Positions 37,391 through 46,943 of a DNA stretch of 55,826 bases are shown one piece after another. Each line of letters starts with the position of its first letter. The first letter of the stretch is position 1. The position numbers were made by a program, and so were the translations under genes. The notes under the pieces were generated by a model, which saw only the letters and a list, made by a program, of their open reading frames with translations, was not told the origin of the DNA and did not search any database. Source of the stretch: Thermoplasmatota archaeon (GTDB lineage: Archaea; Thermoplasmatota; E2; DHVEG-1); the NCBI GenBank assembly GCA_034660435.1, contig JAYEJG010000076.1:1-55826 (forward strand), in the 5' to 3' direction.

Positions 37391-38772
37391 TTTTTTTGTT
37401 CTCTTTTTATTCTTTTTCCTTCCAGATATAACGCCATCGTGGATCTGGCTGTTCTCCATGAGCTTGGATATATTGGAACACCTGCCGATTTGAGGTCCCA
37501 TACAAGGTCTTCAAATTCTCTTCCACCAACCCATGTTGCAAGAATTGGTTTGCTGTATTCTTCATGAAGTTTTTGTTGTTTGACCATTTTAAGAATTGCA
37601 CCTGTAAACTCCTTTGGACGCGCGTATCCTCCGTGTACAGATGCAACTATTACCCCATCGATATTTGGATCTTCTAAAAGTGTTTTAGTCGCAAATTCGT
37701 ATCTATAAAAACCTGCATCTGCAACAAGATCAACGGGATTGTTTGGTTTAACCAGATCTGGTAGTATTTTATCGATTTTCTTATAGGTTTTTGCCGACAG
37801 CTTAGGGATTGTTAAACCATTTGCCTCACAAGCATCGGTTAAAAGAATGCCCAGTCCCCCACCGTTAGTAATAATTCCCACTTTGTTACCTTGAGCTGGA
37901 GGTTGTCCATCCAGTGCTCTTGCCATGTCAAACAGTTCTACGATGTCTCGACAGCGGATTCCACCCGCCTGTTTAATTGCAGCGTCATATATTTTATCAC
38001 TGCCTGCCATGGATCCCGTATGTGATGCTGTTGCCCGTGCTCCTGCACTTGATCTACCTGCTTTTACTACAAGTATTGGTTTGTTACATGCTTTGATACT
38101 ATTCATGAAAGCTCGTCCATGTTTTATTCCTTCTATGTAGAGCCCAATAACTTTGGTTTCAGTGTCTTTGGCAAAATAATCAATGAGGTCATCATCATCA
38201 ATATCTAGTTTGTTTCCAACACCTATTATTTTTGATACGCCCATGAACTCATTGTTTGCAAGGTATATCATCCCGATTCCTAGTGCGCCACTTTGGGAAA
38301 TTAATGCCACATTTCCTTTACGTGGGTTTCCAAAGACAAACGATGCATCAAGCCCGTCAGATGCGTTTTTGTATCCCATAACGTTAGGGCCAAGTATTCT
38401 TGTATTTGTTCCTTTGATGATTTCTTTTATTTGTTCTTCGCCTTCATAGTTTCCCGATTCAGAAAATCCTGATGAAATAATGATTACGTTTTCTACTTTT
38501 TTTTCTACGCATTCCTTTATTATTCGCGGTACTATTTTTGCAGGGACAGAAACTAAAACAAGATCAATTTTGCCAGGAATTGCTGCAAGATTTTTGTAAC
38601 ATTTAATGCCAAGTATTTCATCTTCTTTAGGGTTTACTGGGTATATTCTGCATTCATAATCTGATATTACAATATTTTTTAGTGCAGCATGTCCTATTTT
38701 TGTAGAGTTTTTTGATGCACCGACTACTGCAATACTTTTTGGTTTAAAGAAAATTTCAAGATCACTTTTCAT
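37387..38772 (-). CDS. acdA: ADP-forming acetyl-CoA synthetase (acetate--CoA ligase), alpha subunit
   Basis: 461 aa. CoA-binding N-terminus (IAVVGAS) and a phosphohistidine loop SHTGSMAG. No beta subunit lies adjacent. Confidence 0.8.
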   Translation of the reverse strand: MKSDLEIFFKPKSIAVVGASKNSTKIGHAALKNIVISDYECRIYPVNPKEDEILGIKCYKNLAAIPGKIDLVLVSVPAKIVPRIIKECVEKKVENVIIISSGFSESGNYEGEEQIKEIIKGTNTRILGPNVMGYKNASDGLDASFVFGNPRKGNVALISQSGALGIGMIYLANNEFMGVSKIIGVGNKLDIDDDDLIDYFAKDTETKVIGLYIEGIKHGRAFMNSIKACNKPILVVKAGRSSAGARATASHTGSMAGSDKIYDAAIKQAGGIRCRDIVELFDMARALDGQPPAQGNKVGIITNGGGLGILLTDACEANGLTIPKLSAKTYKKIDKILPDLVKPNNPVDLVADAGFYRYEFATKTLLEDPNIDGVIVASVHGGYARPKEFTGAILKMVKQQKLHEEYSKPILATWVGGREFEDLVWDLKSAGVPIYPSSWRTARSTMALYLEGKRIKREQKN

Positions 38773-38840
38773 ATAAAATCCCCGATGATATCACTTACTT
38801 TGTCTACTATATTCCAAATGGTTACTTAAACGTAGTGTGA

Positions 38841-39344
38841 TTATATGTATTGTTTCATTGCCCCAATCACTTCTTCACTTGTTTTCGCTCTTCTATAGTC
38901 CTCTAAAGGTTCCTTGTTTAATACCAAGAAATTAGGCCCCCATTTATAGAGATTCAAAATTTCTTCTGCTTTTTCAACCTCATCTAAGATATAAAGGGCT
39001 GCAGCAAAAGCTTCAAGTGTTGAAAGCTTCAAAGTTTTACCATAATTAACTGGGTTTACGGCCACAACGAACGGAAGCGCCCTAGAGTAATTTCTATTAT
39101 CAAGAAAATCAAAACTGGTTTCGGCATTTTTCCATGAGCAGTCAACCGCCAGAATTCCATACTTTTTTGCAGAAGGTAGATCTTCTTTTGAAATGCTTTT
39201 TTTTGCAAAAGGATTCAATAATATCATGTCTTTTGGTGTTTTACGAATGTTAGTTTCTAGTTTTACAAAACCAAACTTGGCAAGTTTTTTTGCACTGCAT
39301 TTCTTCGGATCATCTTCATTTGCATGATAAACTATTAATTTCAT
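38841..39344 (-). CDS. tsr3: 16S rRNA aminocarboxypropyltransferase Tsr3
   Basis: 167 aa. N-terminus DDPKKCSAKKL and later LAVDCSW are typical of Tsr3 (DUF367). The start overlaps the upstream stop (ATGA). Confidence 0.85.
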   Translation of the reverse strand: MKLIVYHANEDDPKKCSAKKLAKFGFVKLETNIRKTPKDMILLNPFAKKSISKEDLPSAKKYGILAVDCSWKNAETSFDFLDNRNYSRALPFVVAVNPVNYGKTLKLSTLEAFAAALYILDEVEKAEEILNLYKWGPNFLVLNKEPLEDYRRAKTSEEVIGAMKQYI

Positions 39345-40183
39345 TTTCCCCCTATCTTAATATCAAATACAAAGTGGCTGATACCCGGTGCATATGATTT
39401 TACACGTTTATATTTCATAAGCTTGGTAGATTTGTTGTATTTTTCGGCGACCTTTTCTACATGTTTCATTGGGCCATCTGGAATGCTCTCATTTGGAAAC
39501 GTGTCGTGATAATGAATAATTCCACAATGTTTTTTTAGACAATCAAAGGCAACAGGCAGAAACTCGTGCGTGTCACCAAAATAACCTAGGATCACTCTGT
39601 CAGCAATGTTTTTTGGAGCAATGCTCCTATTGTCCCCATGTATCGGTTCCACGATATTTGTGACGTTGTTTAAAGTGATATTTTGGCATAGATAGTTATA
39701 AGAAATTGGGTTTTTTTCAATTGCAAATATCTTTTTTGGTCTGCTGTAAACCGCTATCGGTAAAGTAAAATATCCAATCCCTGCAAACAAATCAACGATA
39801 GTTTCATTTGAACCTGCAATTGTCGCTATCCTTTTTCTTTCACTAATATTTCCAGAAGAAAACATGACTTTTTGCAGGTCTAACTTGTATCTTATTCCAT
39901 TCTCTTTATGTACTGTTTCTGTTCTTTCCGACCCATATATTATCTCAACATTAGGTTCTCTATATTCTCCAGAAATGCCTCCAACATCGTTTAGAACAGT
40001 CTTGCAGTTTAGTATTTCTGTGTATTTTTCTCCTATTGTTTCCTTGTAACGATTAAGTTCAGAAGGTAACACTATTACTACAACATCCCCAACCTTCTCC
40101 CATTTATCAGGAATTTTTTTTAACAGCTTCGATGAAATTTCATCTTTAAGATTCTTTTTGATTATTTCAACTGGTGCTTTCAT
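39341..40183 (-). CDS. taw2: Met-10+ family tRNA modification enzyme, most likely Taw2/TYW2 (tRNA-yW acp-transferase); Trm5 not excluded
   Basis: 280 aa with no Trm5 D1 domain. SAM motif VDLFAGIGYFTLP. Motif IV reads ADRVILGY (as I recall, TYW2-type is ADRV.LG) rather than the Trm5 N-L-P motif. Confidence 0.7.
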   Translation of the reverse strand: MKAPVEIIKKNLKDEISSKLLKKIPDKWEKVGDVVVIVLPSELNRYKETIGEKYTEILNCKTVLNDVGGISGEYREPNVEIIYGSERTETVHKENGIRYKLDLQKVMFSSGNISERKRIATIAGSNETIVDLFAGIGYFTLPIAVYSRPKKIFAIEKNPISYNYLCQNITLNNVTNIVEPIHGDNRSIAPKNIADRVILGYFGDTHEFLPVAFDCLKKHCGIIHYHDTFPNESIPDGPMKHVEKVAEKYNKSTKLMKYKRVKSYAPGISHFVFDIKIGGK

Positions 40184-40410
40184 GTGCCTCTTTCCGTCTC
40201 TATCAATTTGTATAACAAAGGAGTAATTATTCCAACAGCTATCAAGATAATACCAAGTATCAAAGGGATTACTGGGACTGGTTCCGGATGTCTACTACCC
40301 GGGGCGATCATACCTGACTTCATATAGCACATAAAAAGAAAAACAACTCCAAAAACAATACAAATTCCGCCTATTATTGCTGTTAAGAACTTTTTCACAT
40401 CGCCATTCAT
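40180..40410 (-). CDS. small two-TM membrane protein (hypothetical)
   Basis: 76 aa, two hydrophobic helices. ATG start. Its stop overlaps the taw2 ATG (ATGA). Confidence 0.4.
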   Translation of the reverse strand: MNGDVKKFLTAIIGGICIVFGVVFLFMCYMKSGMIAPGSRHPEPVPVIPLILGIILIAVGIITPLLYKLIETERGT

Positions 40411-40504
40411 TCTAAACCAATCATGAATAAATTTTTGCTTTTAATACTTTTAACAATCCTTCCAGCAACTCTTTTTACTAACATCTGTATTCCTCCTTTT
40501 AATC

Positions 40505-42490
40505 ATGGAGCTTTTTCCTTACGAACCGCGAAGAAATCAAGTGGCAATAACGCAGACTTTAAAGAATATATTAAACGAGAAAAAAGACATAATTTTTGAG
40601 TCGGGGACAGGTTCAGGAAAAACAATATGCGCACTTGCATCAACCATAGAATATGCTCTAGAAAACAATAAAAAAATAATCTATACTACTCGAACAAATG
40701 CGCAACAACGTCAGGTAATTTTAGAACTTCGTGAAATCAGAAAAAAACTTGGAAGAAATAAAGAAAAGATTTTTGGAATAGGCCTGCAGGGTAGGGGAAA
40801 CATGTGCCTTCTTGCCAAAGGAGACCCTAAGCTATTCAAAGGGTCTTCTGAAGAACTTTCAAAATTTTGTTCAAATCAAAAAAGAAAAGTTAAACAAACG
40901 ATAGACACGCCCGATAAAAAAGGTTGCAGTTATTATAGAACTTTTGTAACAAATACCGAGAAATTAGAAAAGGTAATAGAATGGGTAAAAAAGAATATTC
41001 CAACGGTGGAAGAGTTAATTGCTTACTGTGAAAAAAATAAATTATGCCCATATGAAGTAAACAAACAAATGGTCAAAGAAGCATCTCTCGTTGTAGTTCC
41101 ATACATATACGTATTTGATTTAATGATCAGAAATCTACTTTTTGACTTGCTAGCAGTTGATGAGAATGACATGATTTTAATTGTCGATGAGGCACACAAC
41201 CTTCCAAATTATATAAGGGATTTGTATTCAACCCAACTCAGTTCTTGGATGCTAAATAACTGCATTTTAGAGGCAGAAAAATATGGAGATCCATCTCTTT
41301 CAAATGGAAAATCAACCGCGTCTGGTTTTTGTAAAGCACTGGATGATATTATACGTGATTTTCGAGACACATATATATATGGTATTTTAGAAAATGGTAT
41401 TAGGCGAACTCCCTATAAAAAAAGTGATGCATTTATACCATCACATGAATTTGAAACGGAGATTCTATCAAGATTTAAAATAACAAGTAAAACTCTCACA
41501 AATATCGTCTCTGATCTTATTGCATATGGGGAAAAGATCCAGGAATACCGTCAAAAAGAAGACAAAATTCCAAGATCTTATCTACACAGCCTTGGACTTT
41601 TTTTGGATTCTTGGATTAGTCTTGATGAAAGCCAATATGTAAGGCTGGTCGTTGACGCGTCAAGTGGGAAAAACCCAAGAATTGAGGCGTTTTGTCTTGA
41701 CCCAGCATATGGTGCAGAAATTTTGAAATACTTTCATTCAACAATTCATATGTCTGGAACTCTTGAACCACTTGAAGAATATCGAGATTCAATGGGCCTT
41801 CCAGAAGACACATATCTCGTTTCATATCCTTCTCCATTTTCAAAGAATAATAGAAAGATACTTTTTGTTTCAGACGTAACAACAAAATTTGATGAAATAA
41901 CGAGAGATAAAGAGATCATTCCAAGAATGAAAAAATACATCGCAGAAATTTGCAACTCATTTTCTAAAAATACAATGGTTTTTTTCCCAAGTTTTGATGT
42001 AATGGCTTCATTCCGTTTTGGTGGCTTGAATGAGTCTATCACTCGTTCTTTATATGTTGAAGAACGAGGCATGTCCCAGTCAGAACTTATGGGGGTTGTC
42101 GGTGATTTTAAAGTTTCAGCATCTAAAAAAATAAACAAGGCCGCCATGTTTTCCGTTATGGGTGGAAGAATTTCAGAAGGTCTTGACTTTCCCGCTGAAG
42201 AACTTGAAATAGTTGTAATTGTTGGAATACCGTATCCTAAGCCAACGGCTAGGCAACGGGGTTTACAACAATATTATGATATGAAATTTAGGAAGGGGTG
42301 GGAATATATCGTTGAGGCGCCAACCGCACGGAAATTACTCCAGTCTATTGGCCGTCTTATTCGTGATGAAAAAGATAGGGGAATAGCAATCATTCTTGAT
42401 CGCCGTGCACCACGTTTTAAACAATACATAAAAGATCTTGAAGAGTCAAAAAATCTTATGAAAGATATGAATAGATTTATGGAAAGTTGA
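40505..42490 (+). CDS. xpd: XPD/Rad3-family Fe-S DNA helicase
   Basis: 661 aa. Walker A GTGSGKT and DEAHNL. Four Cys of the Fe-S domain (NMCLL, KFCSNQ, KGCSYY, KLCPYE). C-terminal helicase motifs (GRLIR). Confidence 0.9.
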   Translation: MELFPYEPRRNQVAITQTLKNILNEKKDIIFESGTGSGKTICALASTIEYALENNKKIIYTTRTNAQQRQVILELREIRKKLGRNKEKIFGIGLQGRGNMCLLAKGDPKLFKGSSEELSKFCSNQKRKVKQTIDTPDKKGCSYYRTFVTNTEKLEKVIEWVKKNIPTVEELIAYCEKNKLCPYEVNKQMVKEASLVVVPYIYVFDLMIRNLLFDLLAVDENDMILIVDEAHNLPNYIRDLYSTQLSSWMLNNCILEAEKYGDPSLSNGKSTASGFCKALDDIIRDFRDTYIYGILENGIRRTPYKKSDAFIPSHEFETEILSRFKITSKTLTNIVSDLIAYGEKIQEYRQKEDKIPRSYLHSLGLFLDSWISLDESQYVRLVVDASSGKNPRIEAFCLDPAYGAEILKYFHSTIHMSGTLEPLEEYRDSMGLPEDTYLVSYPSPFSKNNRKILFVSDVTTKFDEITRDKEIIPRMKKYIAEICNSFSKNTMVFFPSFDVMASFRFGGLNESITRSLYVEERGMSQSELMGVVGDFKVSASKKINKAAMFSVMGGRISEGLDFPAEELEIVVIVGIPYPKPTARQRGLQQYYDMKFRKGWEYIVEAPTARKLLQSIGRLIRDEKDRGIAIILDRRAPRFKQYIKDLEESKNLMKDMNRFMES

Positions 42491-42494
42491 TTTT

Positions 42495-42665
42495 TTATTT
42501 TGGTAGAAGGTTGGGTATGCCATCTTCTATTAGATATACAGAATTACATTTTTTACAAGTAAAAGATCCATCAATAACCCCTCCATTTTCTTCCTTTTCA
42601 ATATTGAGGACAAGATATCCTTTGCATGTTGGGCAACACAAAATCTCGGTCATGTCTTTTTTCAT
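42495..42665 (-). CDS. trm112: Trm112 family zinc-ribbon protein (methyltransferase activator)
   Basis: Not in the ORF track (56 aa). Translation: MKKDMTEILCCPTCKGYLVLNIEKEENGGVIDGSFTCKKCNSVYLIEDGIPNLLPK, with the pattern CPxC...CxxC...Y.I.DGIP.LL. The ATG lies 6 nt after the stop of the upstream gene. Confidence 0.75.
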   Translation of the reverse strand: MKKDMTEILCCPTCKGYLVLNIEKEENGGVIDGSFTCKKCNSVYLIEDGIPNLLPK

Positions 42666-42671
42666 ATTTTT

Positions 42672-43760
42672 TCAACTTCTATAATTGTCCCCAAGATACA
42701 TCGGTCTTTTCCGCCCTATATTCGAATCCCAAATAAACCCCCATTCATCTTCGGTATTTTTTTTGCCCTCTTCTATCACCTGAATGAAATTTTTTACTTG
42801 CGCATCCATGTTATCTGCCTGATGCAGGACACAGGCTTCAATTGTTTTTGGCATTCTTGGCGAACCAAATTCGTACTTCCCATGATGACTTAGCATCATG
42901 TGAGATAAATGTGTTTCAACTTCTTTTCTAAATTCTTCTCCGTTGTCCCTTAATTCTTTTATTTTTTCTCTTACCCATCTATCTCCAATTGCTATGTGCC
43001 CAATAAAATTACCGTCATCTGTTTTGTCAATGGATGCTGTTGTTTTGTACTCTTTGAGTTTACCTATGTCATGTAATATTGCGCCTGTTACAACAATGTC
43101 TCTATTAATCCCTGGATACATTTCACAAATGTTTTTACAAAGCCGTATCACGCCAACGCTATGCTCAAGATTTCCACCGACATAGTTATGATGATGCGTC
43201 ATGGCTGAAGGGGAATGAGTATATTCATTTACAAATTCAGAATCGCTAAAAAACGAAGATAGAAGCTTTTTCAATTGTTCATCTTCCACATTTTTAATTT
43301 CCCCTTTTACAATTTCAAATAATTCTTTTGCACGCTCCTCTCCAAGCGAGGGCAAGAAGTCGCTAACATCGTATTCATTAGGGCCACATCTTCTCATTCC
43401 ACCCGTGTTTTCATTTATCGAGATCTGGGGTTTTTCCTCATAGATTTCGACATTCCCCAGACGTATTTGTATAACGTCCCCAACTTTGAAACTATCAAAA
43501 AGCCGCTTCACACGATCCTTATTGTCTCCGCCCCAAAACTTGATGCCCACTTCTCCAGTTTTATCAGATGCAATTAGGCTAAACCATGTCCCGCGTTTAT
43601 ACGCTCGCGGCGGATTTTTCATTTTAACAGCAAAAAAATCGTTTACAACGTCACCTTCACGAAGATTTTCAACAAATCGTTCCTTTCTCCTTTTACCTAT
43701 GTCGGCCTTTATTATTGTTTGTTCATCTTTCCCTTTGTTATAACTATAAAGATCTGACAT
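42672..43760 (-). CDS. OB-fold + HD-domain phosphohydrolase (YhaM-like 3'-5' exoribonuclease family)
   Basis: 362 aa. N-terminal OB fold (GDVVNDFFAV...SLIASDKTGEV). The HD domain has HH..Y.GG..EHS, LHDIGK and HQAD. Confidence 0.75.
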   Translation of the reverse strand: MSDLYSYNKGKDEQTIIKADIGKRRKERFVENLREGDVVNDFFAVKMKNPPRAYKRGTWFSLIASDKTGEVGIKFWGGDNKDRVKRLFDSFKVGDVIQIRLGNVEIYEEKPQISINENTGGMRRCGPNEYDVSDFLPSLGEERAKELFEIVKGEIKNVEDEQLKKLLSSFFSDSEFVNEYTHSPSAMTHHHNYVGGNLEHSVGVIRLCKNICEMYPGINRDIVVTGAILHDIGKLKEYKTTASIDKTDDGNFIGHIAIGDRWVREKIKELRDNGEEFRKEVETHLSHMMLSHHGKYEFGSPRMPKTIEACVLHQADNMDAQVKNFIQVIEEGKKNTEDEWGFIWDSNIGRKRPMYLGDNYRS

Positions 43761-43945
43761 ATTTACTGTCCCCCAGTTAAAAGCAGGATATGCTCTCTTA
43801 TATTTCTAAGTATTCATACAATCCTTTAATCTATTAAGGTTTTTTGGATAAAATAAGAGAAATTTGTAAAAGATCGTGTTGAAATTATGAATTTGAAAAA
43901 CAGGGAGGAATGCAATTCAAGATATTGTAGAAAAAATAATGTGCA

Positions 43946-44065
43946 TTACTTATTTTTTCTTTCTCGTGCCAAATCCCTTGCACGTTGGCCAACAACAAAA
44001 AGTTTAGCTATAAACGTTATCTCCTTTGCTTCTTCGGGATTTGATACCTGTCCTACAATCATCAT
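43946..44065 (-). CDS. possible 39-aa small protein (hypothetical)
   Basis: Translation: MMIVGQVSNPEEAKEITFIAKLFVVGQRARDLARERKNK. GTGAT lies 5 nt upstream of the ATG and TTTAAAAA (44095..44102) about 33 nt upstream. A T6 run lies 12 nt after the stop. It sits in the longest intergenic spacer of the window. No homology recognised. Confidence 0.25.
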   Translation of the reverse strand: MMIVGQVSNPEEAKEITFIAKLFVVGQRARDLARERKNK

Positions 44066-44195
44066 AGTTATCACTTGGTAGTTCTGCTTTCTTGTTTTTA
44101 AAGCATTGTTGTACAACTATTATCATCATTCTTTGACATATCTTATCTAAAAGTATAAGTTGCACAAAATTGTTACTGTTTGGCGATAGTTGGAA

Positions 44196-44813
44196 ATGAG
44201 AATTAGTGCATGCCCAAGGTGTGGTAGTAGAAATATTTTTCAGGGGACAATGGGTGACGGAGTATTGACTGGATATGTCAATAGAGACGTCTGTAAGGAT
44301 TGTGGTTATCAGGGTATGCCTATTATCTTCGACTCCGAAGATGAGTATAAAAAATTTTTAGCCAGTCTTTCAAAAGATAAAGAAGCGAGGGTTGAAAAAC
44401 CTGGACAAGTAGTTGAAGATAAGATAGAAAATGAGCATGTGAAGTTGACAAAAAACGAAAAACAACTACTTGAGTTTTTAAATGAACCTACTAAGGAAAA
44501 ACCCACTGAAACACATAGACCTAGCCGGCCTTTAGGAGTAACAATCCTATCTTTCATAATGATTGTTAACGCAATCTTCATTGTTTGCCTGTATTATAGC
44601 CTGATGAGTGTTAATATCGTTTTATGGTTGTGGGCTTATTACATAATAGTATTTATCATCTCAGCGATTATCTTACCGTATGGCCTGTTAAAGGGAAAAG
44701 AGTGGGCATGGACAATTGGGGCAATATTATATGCGCTTTCCATACCGATTGGTTTGTTTTTCCTTTATTATCTTACCCGGCCTCATGTCAAAGCATATTT
44801 TGGAAAAACATAG
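44196..44813 (+). CDS. Zn-ribbon membrane protein (hypothetical)
   Basis: The ATG at 44196 gives MRISACPRCGS...CKDCGY, a 4-Cys ribbon (the track start at 44190 is TTG). A charged linker and three C-terminal TM helices follow. Confidence 0.5.
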   Translation: MRISACPRCGSRNIFQGTMGDGVLTGYVNRDVCKDCGYQGMPIIFDSEDEYKKFLASLSKDKEARVEKPGQVVEDKIENEHVKLTKNEKQLLEFLNEPTKEKPTETHRPSRPLGVTILSFIMIVNAIFIVCLYYSLMSVNIVLWLWAYYIIVFIISAIILPYGLLKGKEWAWTIGAILYALSIPIGLFFLYYLTRPHVKAYFGKT

Positions 44814-44876
44814 TTTTCACCTATCGAAACTATTAAAGCAGAGGCCTTCATTAAAGGGTTGTAAGGTGTCGCCTTT

Positions 44877-45944
44877 ATGACTGAAATAAATATTAACGAC
44901 ATGCTTACGGAATATGACAAAAAAGACCTTACAATAGCAACAGTTTGCTCTCATTCTAGCTTGCAGATTTTTAATGGTGCTCGTAAAGAGGGCTTTAAAA
45001 CACTAGGTATTGCTGTTGGTGAGAAAAAGAAGTTTTATGATGCGTTTCCACTAGGTAGACCAGATGAATTCATGATGGTTGACGATTATAAAGAAATTCT
45101 TGATAGAACCGAAGAACTAAGAGAAAAAAATGTAATCATCGTCCCCCATGGATCTTTTGTCGAATACCTTGGTGCAGATAAGTTTCCAACTCTTGACATT
45201 CCAACTTTTGGTAATCGGAATGTTCTCATGTGGGAATCTAATAGAAATAAGGAGAGAAAGTGGCTTGAGGGTGCTGGACTTACAATGCCTCAGGAAATTA
45301 AAAATCCAAAAGATATTAGCAGTCCTGTAATAGTCAAATATCATGGTGCCAAGGGGGGGCGTGGTTTTTTCATTGCAAAAACATATGAAGAATTTAAAAC
45401 TAGGATAGAAAAAGATAAATCGTTTGTAATTCAAGAATTTGTGATGGGCACCCGTTATTATCTTCATTATTTTTACTCACCAATAAAAAATGATGCATAT
45501 AAACTAAGCAAGGGTAGCCTTCAACTGTTGTCAATGGATAGACGCGATGAGACAACAATAGATGAGGTGCAACGTCTAGGGTCCATTCAGGAATTAGAGG
45601 AGCTAGGAATCCATCCGACATTTGTTGTAACAGGCAACATACCAATTGTTATACGAGAGTCTTTGCTTCCAAAAGTTTTCAAAATGGGTGAGGAAGTTGT
45701 TGAAAAATCCCTTGATTTATTTGGCGGGGTAATTGGTTCATTTTGTCTTGAGACTGTTGTTACAGAAGACCTTGAGTTTAAAGTCTTTGAGATATCTGCA
45801 AGAATTGTAGCAGGGACCAATCCATATATCTCGGGCAGTCCTTATTCAGAACTGATTCAACCTGATCTTTCAACAGGTAGAAGAATCGCTCAAGAGATAA
45901 AATATGCAAACGAGAAAAAAATGCTAGATAAAATCCTTAGCTAA
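44877..45944 (+). CDS. purP: 5-formaminoimidazole-4-carboxamide ribonucleotide (FAICAR) synthetase PurP
   Basis: 355 aa. N-terminus IATVCSHSSLQIFNGARKEGF with an ATP-grasp C-terminal half, as in archaeal PurP. AAGGTG Shine-Dalgarno element upstream. Confidence 0.9.
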   Translation: MTEININDMLTEYDKKDLTIATVCSHSSLQIFNGARKEGFKTLGIAVGEKKKFYDAFPLGRPDEFMMVDDYKEILDRTEELREKNVIIVPHGSFVEYLGADKFPTLDIPTFGNRNVLMWESNRNKERKWLEGAGLTMPQEIKNPKDISSPVIVKYHGAKGGRGFFIAKTYEEFKTRIEKDKSFVIQEFVMGTRYYLHYFYSPIKNDAYKLSKGSLQLLSMDRRDETTIDEVQRLGSIQELEELGIHPTFVVTGNIPIVIRESLLPKVFKMGEEVVEKSLDLFGGVIGSFCLETVVTEDLEFKVFEISARIVAGTNPYISGSPYSELIQPDLSTGRRIAQEIKYANEKKMLDKILS

Positions 45945-45947
45945 AAT

Positions 45948-46856
45948 TTATTTGCAAAGTGTTACCATTATGGCATTTTGAGCCCACATACGGTTTTCCG
46001 CTTCATCAAAAATAACGCTTTGTGGCCCATGTGCAACTTCTTTGGTAACTTCATAGTTATAATATGCAGGCAAGCAATGTAAAAATATCGCATCAGGTTT
46101 TGCTTTGCTCATAAGTTCTTTGTTTACGGTGTATTCTTTGAACTCTTTGAGCCTTTGTTGTTTTTGCGCTTCATTGCCCATTGAAACCCAAGTATCTGTT
46201 GCAACAATATCTGCATTTTTTGTTGAATCCTTTACATTGTCTGTTATTTCTACATTTACACCAAACTTCTTTGCCTCATCAACATAAAACCGATCGGGCC
46301 AATATTTCTTCGGCGATACGATTTTCACATTCATCCCAGCAATTGCACAACCCAATAGATATGAATGTGACATATTATTTGCGCCATCTCCAAGATACAC
46401 AAAGTTCAGGCCTTTGAGTTTTCCTTTATGCTCCTTTATTGTCATAAGATCAGCTACGACCTGACACGGGTGCTCCTTATCATCAAGTCCTGAGATGACT
46501 GATACTGTTGCATGTTTTGCAAGTTCAATCATATCCTCATTTTTCATAGCGCGAAACATAATAATGTCAACATAGCGAGAAAGAACAATTGCAGTATCCT
46601 CTATTGTTTCTCCACGACCGAGTTGTATATCGTTTTTACCAAGAAATATTGCATGACCTCCAAGTTTTGTCATACCAGTTTCAAAAGAAACTCTCGTTCT
46701 TGTACTGGATTTTTCAAAAATCATACCAAGAGTTTTGCCCTTGAGTTTTTCAATTGACATACCACCTTTTGACTTTCTTTTAAGATCAATTCCAAGACCT
46801 ATTATCTCTTCAAGGTCGTCTTTGACATCAAGCATTGAAATAAGATCTCGTTTCAT
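45948..46856 (-). CDS. argF: ornithine carbamoyltransferase
   Basis: The ATG at 46856 gives MKRDLISMLD (the track start at 46874 is TTG). STRTR, HPCQ, DTWVSMG and HCLPA motifs indicate OTC rather than ATC. Confidence 0.9.
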   Translation of the reverse strand: MKRDLISMLDVKDDLEEIIGLGIDLKRKSKGGMSIEKLKGKTLGMIFEKSSTRTRVSFETGMTKLGGHAIFLGKNDIQLGRGETIEDTAIVLSRYVDIIMFRAMKNEDMIELAKHATVSVISGLDDKEHPCQVVADLMTIKEHKGKLKGLNFVYLGDGANNMSHSYLLGCAIAGMNVKIVSPKKYWPDRFYVDEAKKFGVNVEITDNVKDSTKNADIVATDTWVSMGNEAQKQQRLKEFKEYTVNKELMSKAKPDAIFLHCLPAYYNYEVTKEVAHGPQSVIFDEAENRMWAQNAIMVTLCK

Positions 46857-46943
46857 TAAAAAGGTGGAATGCAATTTCTTTCTTTAAAGGTATCGTCTAA
46901 GCAAAATCTATATTCATATCATGCATTCTGAAATCTGATTTAG

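Noticed and set aside
44057-44067. ATGATGA on the minus strand, a C-box-like sequence suggesting a C/D box sRNA in the long spacer.
   Set aside because: No CUGA D or D' box lies within the following ~70 nt, and there is no terminal stem. The motif is better explained as the double ATG of the small ORF.
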